From positions 2,016,001 to 2,080,000 of the forward strand of contig CAWJWJ010000002.1 of the NCBI GenBank assembly GCA_963846575.1: 64,000 bases of DNA, read 5' to 3'. Position 1 is the first letter of the stretch; each line of letters starts with the position of its first letter. The position numbers and the translations under genes were made by a program. The stretch is from an uncultured Nitrospiraceae bacterium (GTDB taxonomy: Bacteria > Nitrospirota > Nitrospiria > Nitrospirales > Nitrospiraceae). Below the pieces are notes generated by a model that searched no databases, had not been told where the DNA came from, and saw only the letters and a list, made by a program, of their open reading frames with translations. Positions 10,599-19,976 of the stretch are shown here, piece by piece.

Positions 10599-11147
10599 TC
10601 ACGACGTCTCGGAGGGGTCTGCGTCTAACTCCAAATTCCAGTAAAGATAATCCCGCCAGCTTTCCGGTGTGTTGCGAATCCCGATGGTAATCGTGACGGT
10701 GGGACTCCAGCGGGGTTTCACGGGCTTCTTGATGAGACGCATGTTGGCTTCTTCGGGTGTCCGGCCGCTTTTTCGATTGTTGCATCGCCAACAGGCCGTC
10801 ACGATATTTTCCCAGGTCTTCCGCCCCCCCTTCGCAATCGGGATGACGTGATCGAACGTGAGCTCTTCGGTCCTGAACTTGTGTTTGCAGTACTGGCAGC
10901 AATAGCCATCCCGCGTAAAAATGTTGATGCGGGAAAACTTCACGGCCCGATGGCTGTCCTTGAGCTTGACAAGCTTCAGCAACCGCATCACGGACGGGAG
11001 CTTGATCGAAATAGAGATGCCGTGGATTTGACGATCGTAGACTTCGAGGACTTCGACCTTCCCCTGCCAGAGCAGGGTAATGGCCTTTTGCCAATGCAGG
11101 ACACGCAGCGGTTCATAGGTGGAGTTGAGCAAGAGGGTCATTTCCAT
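10599..11147 (-). CDS. HNH endonuclease family protein
   Basis: LLLNSTYEPL N-terminus; RDGYCCQYC, DHVIP..KGG..TWENIVTAC..CNNRK. Confidence 0.92.
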   Translation of the reverse strand: MEMTLLLNSTYEPLRVLHWQKAITLLWQGKVEVLEVYDRQIHGISISIKLPSVMRLLKLVKLKDSHRAVKFSRINIFTRDGYCCQYCKHKFRTEELTFDHVIPIAKGGRKTWENIVTACWRCNNRKSGRTPEEANMRLIKKPVKPRWSPTVTITIGIRNTPESWRDYLYWNLELDADPSETS

Positions 11148-11344
11148 AGCAGCTCCGGGGGTCTCCTATGCGTGCACTATTTGAAGAATAGCAAAATGAC
11201 GGCTGTGGTTTATCCTTCCCTGAAAACGATGTAGTGGATTTATGCCATATGTCAGTAATGAAATCAAGCGTTTAGGCCATATGCACAGAATGTTACCCAA
11301 TCCTAAGCCCGAACAGATCATTCCGTAATTGGAAAAGGGAGCGT

Positions 11345-11671
11345 ATGGAATCACTTCCCATCTATGTCACCGTCGCCCAAGTGAATGAGATTCCACCTGG
11401 AACCTGTCGAACGGTGAAGGTTGATGGCCTGTTCCTGGCCTTGTGCAATGTGAATGGCACATTTCGGGCGGTGGATAACACCTGTCCCCACGCGGGAGGC
11501 CCGCTGGGCGAAGGCTTCCTCGACGACGAGGTAATTGAATGCCCCTGGCACGGTTGGCGTTTCAATGTCCGCACCGGGGAGCGGCCTGAAAACCCGGAGA
11601 TTGTAGTGGCTTGTGTAGAGGTGCGGGTGCACGGCACCGATGTGCAGGTGAGAGTCCCCGTTACATTGTAG
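11345..11671 (+). CDS. Rieske [2Fe-2S] ferredoxin (NirD-like small subunit family)
   Basis: CPHAGGPLGEG and CPWHGWRF motifs. Confidence 0.92.
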   Translation: MESLPIYVTVAQVNEIPPGTCRTVKVDGLFLALCNVNGTFRAVDNTCPHAGGPLGEGFLDDEVIECPWHGWRFNVRTGERPENPEIVVACVEVRVHGTDVQVRVPVTL

Positions 11672-12164
11672 GAGGCAACGGAGAAGCATCCCTGGCGGGT
11701 TGACGCGAACGTTCGGTCTCCGGCCCCTCCGGCATCAGGCCGTCGGCGGGGAGCGAAGCGGCGTTCACGCGCTTCGTGGTCAAATCGACGTGCCAAATGT
11801 ATTCCCGCTCAAACCATTGCGTCGTCCCCTGCTCCCGGATATAGATCCGTACCTCATAACGGTCGGCGTCCTGCTTAATCACCTGCCACTCTCCCAGCCG
11901 CAGGCCCAACTTGCGGTCTTCCTGAATCCGGGCCCGTTCATTGAATGCTTGGAGAATGGTGGGGTAGCCGACCGCCCGATGGGTCTGCACCAAAGCCAAG
12001 GCCTGGGCAGCCTGTGGGTCAGTGAGGGGATTCAGAGAAGGCGGCTTCATCCACCAGTAGACCAACCCTCCAACCAGAAGCACCAGAACCACACCATAAT
12101 GGAGCGCTTTACTCATACGTGTAAGCCCATAGCTGAAGACACCTCCCGGATGATGGGTCATCAT
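11661..12164 (-). CDS. Hypothetical membrane-anchored protein (start may be the later MSKALH)
   Basis: Single N-terminal hydrophobic helix followed by a protein-like soluble domain. Confidence 0.7.
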   Translation of the reverse strand: MMTHHPGGVFSYGLTRMSKALHYGVVLVLLVGGLVYWWMKPPSLNPLTDPQAAQALALVQTHRAVGYPTILQAFNERARIQEDRKLGLRLGEWQVIKQDADRYEVRIYIREQGTTQWFEREYIWHVDLTTKRVNAASLPADGLMPEGPETERSRQPARDASPLPPTM

Positions 12165-12317
12165 ATGTGGCGTAAGAATTCACTGTCAATCGCCGACGCG
12201 CCCGCCGTAGGCAGACTGCCGGCTTCCATGAGACCTCGCGCTGCTTGACAAGGCTGCGGAACGCTGTGGTACAAGTATCGGTCATCCTACGTCACCCAAT
12301 CGGAGCATCATTGTTCA

Positions 12318-12767
12318 ATGAAGTTTTTCTTCTATGCGGACAATTTGAATCTGTCCCAGCTCAAGCGGCGCGCCCCTGAACATAAGTTTCTCTTTACCGC
12401 CTATCTTCCCGACCACAGCATTCAATTTTGCCGATGGTCGACGCAGTGGCGGTGTGGTCTCGCGAGCATCGTGCCCTCTCCGGGAGAAAAGGTCTTGGGA
12501 GCCGTGTTTGAAATTACCGATGAAGACCTCAAGATCCTGGATGAGTTCGAAGACGATGTCCCGCATGGGGCCTACCGGCATTTGCCCGTCACGGTGATCA
12601 CCGCCGAGGGCGATAAAATGCTGGTCACGACCCATGCAGCCAACCCCATCGGCAAGTTCAAGCCGAAGGAGCATTATATTGACTGGGTCATTAAAGGCCT
12701 GAAGCAATGGAAGTTGCCTGAAGAAGCCTTGGAACAATGGCAGGCCTACAAACCACAACCGCACTGA
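12318..12767 (+). CDS. Gamma-glutamylcyclotransferase (AIG2-like) family protein
   Basis: FFYADNL, ASIVPSPGEKVLGAVFEI...LDEFE, P..HYIDWVIKG. Confidence 0.82.
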   Translation: MKFFFYADNLNLSQLKRRAPEHKFLFTAYLPDHSIQFCRWSTQWRCGLASIVPSPGEKVLGAVFEITDEDLKILDEFEDDVPHGAYRHLPVTVITAEGDKMLVTTHAANPIGKFKPKEHYIDWVIKGLKQWKLPEEALEQWQAYKPQPH

Positions 12768-12816
12768 CCGACCTGCACGCAGCCTATTACCCCTATCGCT
12801 AAAAAAAGAGGTCACT

Positions 12817-13143
12817 ATGCCCAAGCCGAAGTATCACATCCTCGTCTGCACCAATGCCCGGCCACCCGGCCACCCCAAACCATCCTGCGGCGGCCAGGGA
12901 TCAGCCCAGCTGCTCATGACCTTTAACATGGGATTGATGCAGCGCGGCATTATGCCCGGCGAAGTCCTCGTCACCGGATCATCATGTCTCGGACCCTGCG
13001 AGCAGGGACCGACGGTTGTCGTGTATCCCGAAGGCACCTGGTACACCAAGGTCACGGAAGCGGATGTCGCCACAATTCTGGATGAGCACATCAAAGGCGG
13101 CAAACCCGCCGAGAAGCTGAAGCCAGATTCCGTCTGGGGTTGA
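12817..13143 (+). CDS. Thioredoxin-like [2Fe-2S] ferredoxin
   Basis: HILVCTN.RPPGHP..SC, SCLGPCEQGPTVVVYPEGTWY. Confidence 0.93.
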   Translation: MPKPKYHILVCTNARPPGHPKPSCGGQGSAQLLMTFNMGLMQRGIMPGEVLVTGSSCLGPCEQGPTVVVYPEGTWYTKVTEADVATILDEHIKGGKPAEKLKPDSVWG

Positions 13144-13169
13144 TGAACCGGAAGGCGTGACGCACGATC

Positions 13170-13682
13170 GTGGGACACTCCACTCCTCAACAACATAAGG
13201 CCCATGCACCCCGAAGCATCGGGTGCATGGTCATTACCTGTAGCGACACCCGAACGCCGGACAACGATACCAGCGGCCAACTTATCATGCGGCTGCTGAA
13301 GGAACAGGGGCATCAGGTACTCGCCTACCACTTGGTGAAGGACGAGCCACTTCTGATCAAGGAACGGATTGGTGAAGCGCTACGGACCGAAGGGGTTCAG
13401 GTCATTCTCGTTAACGGAGGGACTGGAATCTCCCGGCGGGACTCCACGTTTGAAGCGGTGGACGCCATGTTGGAAAAACGTCTGGACGGATTCGGCGAAA
13501 TTTTCCGGGCCCTCACGTACGAGGAGATCGGATCCCCGGCCATCATGAGCCGAGCCACCGCCGGCATCGTCCACGGTCGTGTGCTGTTTTCCACCCCGGG
13601 CTCCGAAAATGCGGTGCGATTGGCAATGGATAAGCTCATCCTCCCTGAACTCGGGCACCTCATCAAGGAACTCACCAAATAG
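13170..13682 (+). CDS. moaB: Molybdenum cofactor biosynthesis protein B (MogA/MoaB family)
   Basis: TCSDTRT..NDTSG, GGTGISRRDSTFEA, GFGEIFR, SRATAG, PGSENAV. Confidence 0.9.
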   Translation: MGHSTPQQHKAHAPRSIGCMVITCSDTRTPDNDTSGQLIMRLLKEQGHQVLAYHLVKDEPLLIKERIGEALRTEGVQVILVNGGTGISRRDSTFEAVDAMLEKRLDGFGEIFRALTYEEIGSPAIMSRATAGIVHGRVLFSTPGSENAVRLAMDKLILPELGHLIKELTK

Positions 13683-13714
13683 GGCGCAAGAACGCAGCAC
13701 TCCTGCCGCGGTGC

Positions 13715-14149
13715 TTAGTCCTGCCCGATCTTCGGTTCAGAATAGACCTGGTTCGCCGCTAGCCTCGACTGCGCATACCGCTTGTAGTGCATCAACAGAT
13801 CGCGCACCGACACGACGCCGACAATCGAGCCGCCTTTGGTCACGGCGAGATGACGCACGCCAAGGTCACCCATCATATCCTGCGCCTCGTCAACCGCTTG
13901 GCCGCTTTCGATGGTGCAGATCGGGGACGTCATGATCTTGTCGACCGTGAGCTTCGAGACATCTTTACTCCCGGCCAGCGCCTTTCGCACCAGATCGGTA
14001 TCGGTCACAATGCCGACGTGGTTCTTGCCCTTCTTGATGAGCAGTGATCCGATTCGTAGCTCCCGCATTTTTTTTGCCGCACCGCGAACTGAAGTCGTCG
14101 GCCCGATGCTTTGAGGACGTTTGTTCATAATCTGCGCCACAGTCGCCAT
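13715..14149 (-). CDS. CBS-domain pair protein
   Basis: IGSLLI, VGIVTDTD, IMTSP, VRHLAV, VGVVSVRD. Confidence 0.92.
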   Translation of the reverse strand: MATVAQIMNKRPQSIGPTTSVRGAAKKMRELRIGSLLIKKGKNHVGIVTDTDLVRKALAGSKDVSKLTVDKIMTSPICTIESGQAVDEAQDMMGDLGVRHLAVTKGGSIVGVVSVRDLLMHYKRYAQSRLAANQVYSEPKIGQD

Positions 14150-14198
14150 AGTCGTTGCCTTTCTCCCCGGTGGGACAAGGAGTCAAAATGAAACCGTA

Positions 14199-15239
14199 TC
14201 AGGATACCGTCAGCACGATCTTACCAAAAAACTGTCTCTTAAGTAGATACTCTTGCGCAGCCTTCGCCTCGGCGAGCGGAAAGGTGCGATCGACCAGGGG
14301 TCGCAATTTCCCTTGTCCGATCAATTGTGCAGCCTTCAGCAGTTCGCTCTGGGAGCCCATGTAGGACCCCTTGATCGTGAGCTGACGGGAATAGACATAA
14401 CGAAGATCCAGCTTCACGTCCGCCCCCGTCGTGGCCCCGCAGGTCACCAATCGCCCGCCCTTGGCCATGGAATCGATGCACTGCGGCCATACATCCGGGC
14501 CAATGTGCTCGATGACCACATCCACCCCGCGGCGGTGCGTTAGTTCCCGCACCCGTTGATTAATCTGCTCGCGACTATGGTTGATGACCTCGTCGGCGCC
14601 GAGCGCCCTGGCCTTTTCAACTTTGTCGTCATTGCCCACCGTGGTGAACACCCTGGCACCGGCCAACTTGGCCATCTGAATCGCCATGTGCCCCACACCG
14701 CTGCCCGCCCCCATGACCAACACATCCTCGCCGAGCCGCACATCTGCGAGCGTGAATAACATATGCCAGGCAGTGACGGACACCAGCGGAAACGCCGCGG
14801 CCTGCTCGAAAGTCAGGCTGCCCGGAATCGGAAACACATTCCGGGCCGGGACTTTGACGTACTCCGCATAACCACCGTGACACATCGCTCCGATCAGTCC
14901 ATACGAGCGGCACATGTTGTCGCGACCGGCGGCGCATTGCTCGCATCGTCCGCAGCCGACGCCGGGAGACACATACACGCGCTCCCCCTCGATGACCCCT
15001 TCGACCTGCGAGCCAATCCGCTCCACCACTCCGGCGATGTCCGAACCGGAGATATGCGGCAGCGGCATCGGATAGGCCGGACTGCCCTGCCGGATCCAAA
15101 TGTCGAGATGGTTTAACGCGCACGCCTTTACTCGAACGAGCACCTCGTTCTGATCGAGGGTCGGTGCCGGCATCTCCTGGTACTGCAATTTGCCGGGCCC
15201 GCCATGTTCGTGAAAGACGACCGCGTTCATCTCAAGCAC
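14199..15239 (-). CDS. Zinc-binding alcohol dehydrogenase/quinone oxidoreductase (MDR family)
   Basis: ALNHLD, GSDIAG, CGRCEQC..G..NMC structural Zn site, GAGSGVG. Confidence 0.92.
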   Translation of the reverse strand: MLEMNAVVFHEHGGPGKLQYQEMPAPTLDQNEVLVRVKACALNHLDIWIRQGSPAYPMPLPHISGSDIAGVVERIGSQVEGVIEGERVYVSPGVGCGRCEQCAAGRDNMCRSYGLIGAMCHGGYAEYVKVPARNVFPIPGSLTFEQAAAFPLVSVTAWHMLFTLADVRLGEDVLVMGAGSGVGHMAIQMAKLAGARVFTTVGNDDKVEKARALGADEVINHSREQINQRVRELTHRRGVDVVIEHIGPDVWPQCIDSMAKGGRLVTCGATTGADVKLDLRYVYSRQLTIKGSYMGSQSELLKAAQLIGQGKLRPLVDRTFPLAEAKAAQEYLLKRQFFGKIVLTVS

Positions 15240-15331
15240 CTGGGGCGCACGCAGCGCTCACCATCAACCGGGCACGTACCGGTTCCGATTGCTGGAATTG
15301 TGAAAGGCTCGGATGTGCACATACGTTTTCC

Positions 15332-16261
15332 TCAGAAGGTAAGCGTGCCCTCCACCACCATCATGGCTTGGCCCCCGACCGTCACCGATTGAATAACTTC
15401 CTCGTGGGAATCCACCTGGATCAGGATGCGCGATGGACGATCGATTTCATACCCTTGCTCGGCGGTAATTTCGGTAACCGGACCGATATCCACCACTCCA
15501 TGTTGCACCAGATACGCCCCCAAAGCGCCGCTGGCGCTGCCGGTTGCGGGATCCTCCACGATGCCGATCAACGGAGCGAACATACGCGTGTGCACCGTCG
15601 AAGATTGTTCGACCGTCATCGTACTGAACACCATGAGTCCGTTGGATCCATATTGCTGAGACAGTTCCGCAATGGCGGCGACATCAGGAATGATCGAACG
15701 CACCGCCGTCAGGGTGCGCACCGGCACGATGATGACCGGCAACCCCGTAGACACGACCTGGACCGGAAAGTGGGTTTCCGTGATCAGCGCCTTCGTGATT
15801 CCCAATGAGCGGGCGATCGCGAAAAGGGCTTCCGGCTCATCGATGACATCCAGAAACTGCGGGCTGGGTTGCGACATCACCACGCGCTCGATCACGCCGT
15901 CCCGCGCATGGATATCGACGGGAAACAGTCCGAGATTGCACTCTTGCAGCACCCTCGTCACCGGTCCCTTGAGATTGAGGCGTTTCAATGTGCCCAGCAC
16001 AAAGAACGTGCCGATTACCGGATGTCCGGCGAAGGGAATCTCCTGCGTCGGGGTGAAGATGCGCATTTTGACGACAGCCGCTTTATCGGCGGGTGGAAAC
16101 ACGAACACCGTTTCCGACAAATTCATCTCGCGGGCGATGCGCTGTAACTCATCGTCGGTCAATCCATCGGCATCAGGGAACACGGCCACGGGATTTCCGC
16201 CGAATGGCTCGTCGGTAAATACGTCGGCCTGGTAGAACTGCAGTTTGCGCAGAGCGGTCAT
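15332..16261 (-). CDS. PhzF-family epimerase/isomerase
   Basis: DVFT..PFGGNPVAV, EMNLSETVF, RIFTP..EIPFAGHP, EDPATGSA, EQG. Confidence 0.93.
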   Translation of the reverse strand: MTALRKLQFYQADVFTDEPFGGNPVAVFPDADGLTDDELQRIAREMNLSETVFVFPPADKAAVVKMRIFTPTQEIPFAGHPVIGTFFVLGTLKRLNLKGPVTRVLQECNLGLFPVDIHARDGVIERVVMSQPSPQFLDVIDEPEALFAIARSLGITKALITETHFPVQVVSTGLPVIIVPVRTLTAVRSIIPDVAAIAELSQQYGSNGLMVFSTMTVEQSSTVHTRMFAPLIGIVEDPATGSASGALGAYLVQHGVVDIGPVTEITAEQGYEIDRPSRILIQVDSHEEVIQSVTVGGQAMMVVEGTLTF

Positions 16262-16360
16262 AGGGTCCTCAAGAAAGTTGCTGGCGCATGTTGCCCCGAG
16301 TCGCGTTTTTTTGCAAGAGGGCGGGCGGCGATTCCGCAGATCGGACGCCTTCAGCTGGCA

Positions 16361-17602
16361 CTAGGCAGGCTTGGGCAGAGCTTCGTACTGCTGCGCCAAT
16401 GGATGCGTGAGGTACTGCTCCACGTAATTCTGCAATGACCCGTTGCGATACAGCTGGTGGTTGGCGAATCGAGTGTCGATCTTGTGCAGGACCTTCACCC
16501 GTACGCCGGTCTTTTTCGTGAACTGCTCCAGGGTGACCCCGGTGATATCTGTATAGGGTCCACGGCCAGATTGCATGATGCACTTCGGAATATGCACGGT
16601 CTTTTCCTTGGTCAGGCGTCGCGCGATGTCATCGAACGTTAACAGCACCGTACAGTCGGAATCGCCGCTCAGCAGCGCGTTGGGCACATACAAAAACCGG
16701 GCTCGGTTCTTCCGGAACATGCTGAGAATCTTGTGGACGCTACCCGCCATGACGACGGTGTCATGTTTCTCGAGTTCCAACGAGTCAAACAGACTCACGA
16801 TACGGCGGCGGCTCAAGAACGCAGTCGTATAGGCCTCGGTATGGATGGTCTGCAGGTTCGGGAATCCCCTGTCGTACACGCGTCTGGCTTCCTCCGGCAG
16901 GAATCTCCGGCCCTGGCGCATGACGGCAGCGGTCTCCTCCTTCAGCCCTCGCACTGGCGTGAGCGTGCCCATCCACAGCACACATTTTTGGTTGATAGCC
17001 GAAATGGCCGCCGCGTCCTGCGACATCGTGTCTTTGTCAAAGGCATAAAAATTCGCCGAGGAGACGGCCGGGCCATCCAGCACCTTCATGACATGTTTGA
17101 CGGAGGGCGCATGCGGCATCAGCCGCTGCCGATAGTCGCTCAACGTGATGACCGATAATTCAAAGTTGATGCGGCCGGAGTACTGTGCGGTGAGCTGATG
17201 GATCTTGGGTACATGGACGAACCCGACGGTGAAGAATTGAATGTTCTTGTCCGTCTCTCGCAGAAAGTCTTCGACCCACTCCATGGCCTTGGGGTGCAGG
17301 AACAGGTCGGTCCATTCCATGAACTCATTGCCGCCCAAACACCAGAACTGGGTCGGGTCCGTCGGTTTTTTCTGGATATAGTCGAGGATGAAGGCCCAGT
17401 CGGCATCGCTCGTCTTGGGCGGATCGAGCGTCTCTCGATAGGAATGGTCCAGTTCGTAGCAGAACTCGCACTTCACCGGACAATCACGGCCCAGGCTCAG
17501 GGGAATCTTGCCGGCGTCCATTTCACGGATAAGAACCTGACGGTAATCGGTCCGATCTTTGAAGATCGGAACAGGCTGAAAAATCGGGAGTGCAGTGGTC
17601 AT
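16361..17602 (-). CDS. Radical SAM protein with DUF512-like C-terminal domain
   Basis: CPVKCEFC (CX3CX2C); C-terminal VPNALLSGDSDCTVLLTFDDI and DITGVTLEQF resemble DUF512 motifs (N..FGG.V...GLLT..DI; D.VT.EE). Confidence 0.72.
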   Translation of the reverse strand: MTTALPIFQPVPIFKDRTDYRQVLIREMDAGKIPLSLGRDCPVKCEFCYELDHSYRETLDPPKTSDADWAFILDYIQKKPTDPTQFWCLGGNEFMEWTDLFLHPKAMEWVEDFLRETDKNIQFFTVGFVHVPKIHQLTAQYSGRINFELSVITLSDYRQRLMPHAPSVKHVMKVLDGPAVSSANFYAFDKDTMSQDAAAISAINQKCVLWMGTLTPVRGLKEETAAVMRQGRRFLPEEARRVYDRGFPNLQTIHTEAYTTAFLSRRRIVSLFDSLELEKHDTVVMAGSVHKILSMFRKNRARFLYVPNALLSGDSDCTVLLTFDDIARRLTKEKTVHIPKCIMQSGRGPYTDITGVTLEQFTKKTGVRVKVLHKIDTRFANHQLYRNGSLQNYVEQYLTHPLAQQYEALPKPA

Positions 17603-17681
17603 GGTTATGACCGATCTGTCGCCTCAGGGGCGACGACTGCTAGATTGACAAGCTCAGCATCGACTCGGCAGACTCCCTGAC

Positions 17682-17969
17682 ATGAATGACGACCGCCTCG
17701 CCAAGGCCCTCGAACTCTTCGCGCTCACCCTCCCCGTCTCCCGCGACCGACTCGACCGGACCCGCGCACAACTCCTCCACACATGGAATCCCCATCGTTA
17801 CGCCAACCACGCGAATAACCCACGCAAATACATGAAGATGGTAAAACAAGGCGAAGCGATGACCAGAGAGATCGAACGCGCCTACCAGCTGCTGCTGGGA
17901 TGTGTGGAAACTGGAAGTGAAGAAGTGCCGACCGGGGAGAAAAACCTATCCGTCTCTGATCCGCCATAA
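17682..17969 (+). CDS. Small J-domain-like protein lacking the HPD motif
   Basis: ALELFAL...LLHTWNPHRY...EAMTREIERAYQLL matches J-domain helix spacing; NPH in place of HPD. Confidence 0.65.
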   Translation: MNDDRLAKALELFALTLPVSRDRLDRTRAQLLHTWNPHRYANHANNPRKYMKMVKQGEAMTREIERAYQLLLGCVETGSEEVPTGEKNLSVSDPP

Positions 17970-18003
17970 GCTCCAGGCTGGCCGCCATCAGCTCGTCGCG
18001 TCG

Positions 18004-19974
18004 TTATGAGACCCCATGCGAGACCACCCGGGACATCGAGGTTTCCCCGTCCTTGTCTCCGGTCCCTTCGGCAATCGCCATGGGCCAGGTCACCAGACCC
18101 GACACGCCGTCGGCCGCAGTCGCGCCTTCTTTTGTCGCCGCGTAAATCTGCGGCAACCGATTCGTTCCAAACTTGGAAATGTAGAGAAACACGTGTTCGC
18201 GCGCGTTGACACGCACCGCCCAGGGATGAAAATCGTTTTTGTAGAATTCTTCGCAAAGCTGCATCGCGTCCAGGCACGAAAGGGTGCTCGGATCGTTCAA
18301 CGTGTAGTAATAGTCCAGGGGGAGATCGTAGTCAGCCTGCTTGTGGATCGTGATGCCGAACTTTTCCGGATTGCGTACCATCGGCGTATGGCGATAGGCC
18401 ACGAAATAGAACAATTCTACCGAGTGGATCACCGGCTGGTTGTCGAGCACGAACTGTCGGGTCTCCAGCGCTTCATCGCGCGTTTCGCCCGGGAACCCGT
18501 AAAACGCCATCACGTGGTTCCAGATGCCCGCCTTCGCTGCCAGATGCAGGTTGTTTTCGATGACGCTCTTCTTGGCGTGCTTGTCCATGAGGTTCAAGAC
18601 CCGTTCGTTCGCCGACTCCATCCCGTAATACAGCGTGCAGCAACCGGCCTTGGCCGCCAAATCCCAAACGGCCTGCTCCTGGAGCGTTTCTTCAAAACGG
18701 ATCAGCGTGGTCCACTTGATGCCGACCTCCTGATCCACGAGCAGCTGCGAAACCTTCTTGAGCAGGGCCGGAGGATAGGACTCGTCGGAGAACAGGAAAT
18801 GCCGGCAGTGATACTTGTCCCGTAGCGCCTTGATCTGTTCGACCACCTGGTTGGCCGGCACCCCGCGATACTGATCGAAGTAGCCCTGACCATGGTCGCA
18901 GAACGTGCAGCGGCCCCAGTAACAACCGCGGGTGGCGAGATAGGGAATGATCAGTTCCGGCACGAAATACCGGTCCAGCGGCAACCCGTCGAAATCCGGC
19001 AGGGGTAGTGCGGTCGTCTTCTCGGTATAGACTTCCTGATTCCGCTGCACGCCTGAGGCATCGCGATACATCAAGTTGGGCACGGAGGCGATGGGCCGCT
19101 CCCCGTTCAAGGCCTCGATGAGCCAGAGCAGCGCATGTTCGCCTTCGTACAGGATGGCCGAGTCGAAGAGTTCCGCGAAGAATCGCTCCTGGTTCGGCAG
19201 CTCTTCCTGCAGCCGGGTGATGACATTCCCGCCGACCACCACATGGATCTGGGGAAACGATTCCTTGATCAATTTGCAGAATGTCAGGCCCGCAAGGAGC
19301 TGCATCTGGGTCCCGATCGAGATCCCGACCACGTCCGGCTTTTCTTTCGCCACCGCCGGCATGACCAACTGATTGCAGATGTCCCGATAAACGTTCACCT
19401 GCTCGTCATCCAGGCAGGCAAAGACTTCTTTCGAGACCCCGGGCCGATAACCCAGATTGCTTTCCATCGGATAGAACACGATCGAGGCCGGATAATAGGC
19501 GGCGGAGATATAGTGCATGACCTCGCGGAAGGTATTCAGCGCGACTTCCAACTGCTCAGCCTGATAGAACCGCTCGCCGCGCACGATCAACTTAGCATCT
19601 TCCGCCCGCTCCGCCAGCTCGAACACGTCCAGCGCATAGGCCTCCTCCACCACCGCTTTCTGGCTCGCCTCCTGGTCCGTCAGCGTCCCGGCCGTCTCTT
19701 TATCCTGCAGCGGCTTGAGCTGCATGCCCAACCGCGCCTTTACCCAGATCAGGAACTCCATGGTAAAGAAGTGGTCGTACATCTCAATGTTGATGTCGCG
19801 CTGCACGACCCGGTGTCCCGCCTCGCGGAGCACGGCCGTCAATGACGGCAGGGCCAGATAGGGAGCGGTCGGCACCCACTCGGGAGGAAACAGCAGCATG
19901 ACCTTCGACGACTTCCGATCCTCTTTCCTGATCGGAGCCAGGCCGTTGATTTGTACGAGGCCGGAGACAGACAT
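18004..19974 (-). CDS. Cobalamin-binding radical SAM enzyme (class B methylase-like)
   Basis: LLFPP, PDVVGISIG, HVVVGG, YEGE, TRGCYWGRCTFC, GMES, GFPGET; start placed at MSVSG, 2 nt after the paralog's stop. Confidence 0.92.
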   Translation of the reverse strand: MSVSGLVQINGLAPIRKEDRKSSKVMLLFPPEWVPTAPYLALPSLTAVLREAGHRVVQRDINIEMYDHFFTMEFLIWVKARLGMQLKPLQDKETAGTLTDQEASQKAVVEEAYALDVFELAERAEDAKLIVRGERFYQAEQLEVALNTFREVMHYISAAYYPASIVFYPMESNLGYRPGVSKEVFACLDDEQVNVYRDICNQLVMPAVAKEKPDVVGISIGTQMQLLAGLTFCKLIKESFPQIHVVVGGNVITRLQEELPNQERFFAELFDSAILYEGEHALLWLIEALNGERPIASVPNLMYRDASGVQRNQEVYTEKTTALPLPDFDGLPLDRYFVPELIIPYLATRGCYWGRCTFCDHGQGYFDQYRGVPANQVVEQIKALRDKYHCRHFLFSDESYPPALLKKVSQLLVDQEVGIKWTTLIRFEETLQEQAVWDLAAKAGCCTLYYGMESANERVLNLMDKHAKKSVIENNLHLAAKAGIWNHVMAFYGFPGETRDEALETRQFVLDNQPVIHSVELFYFVAYRHTPMVRNPEKFGITIHKQADYDLPLDYYYTLNDPSTLSCLDAMQLCEEFYKNDFHPWAVRVNAREHVFLYISKFGTNRLPQIYAATKEGATAADGVSGLVTWPMAIAEGTGDKDGETSMSRVVSHGVS

Positions 19975-19976
19975 GG

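Noticed and set aside
10599..11147. HNH gene as an RNA-guided (IscB/Cas9-like) nuclease
   Set aside because: Only 182 aa, with no RuvC motifs and no adjacent array or clear guide RNA; it fits the common stand-alone HNH family
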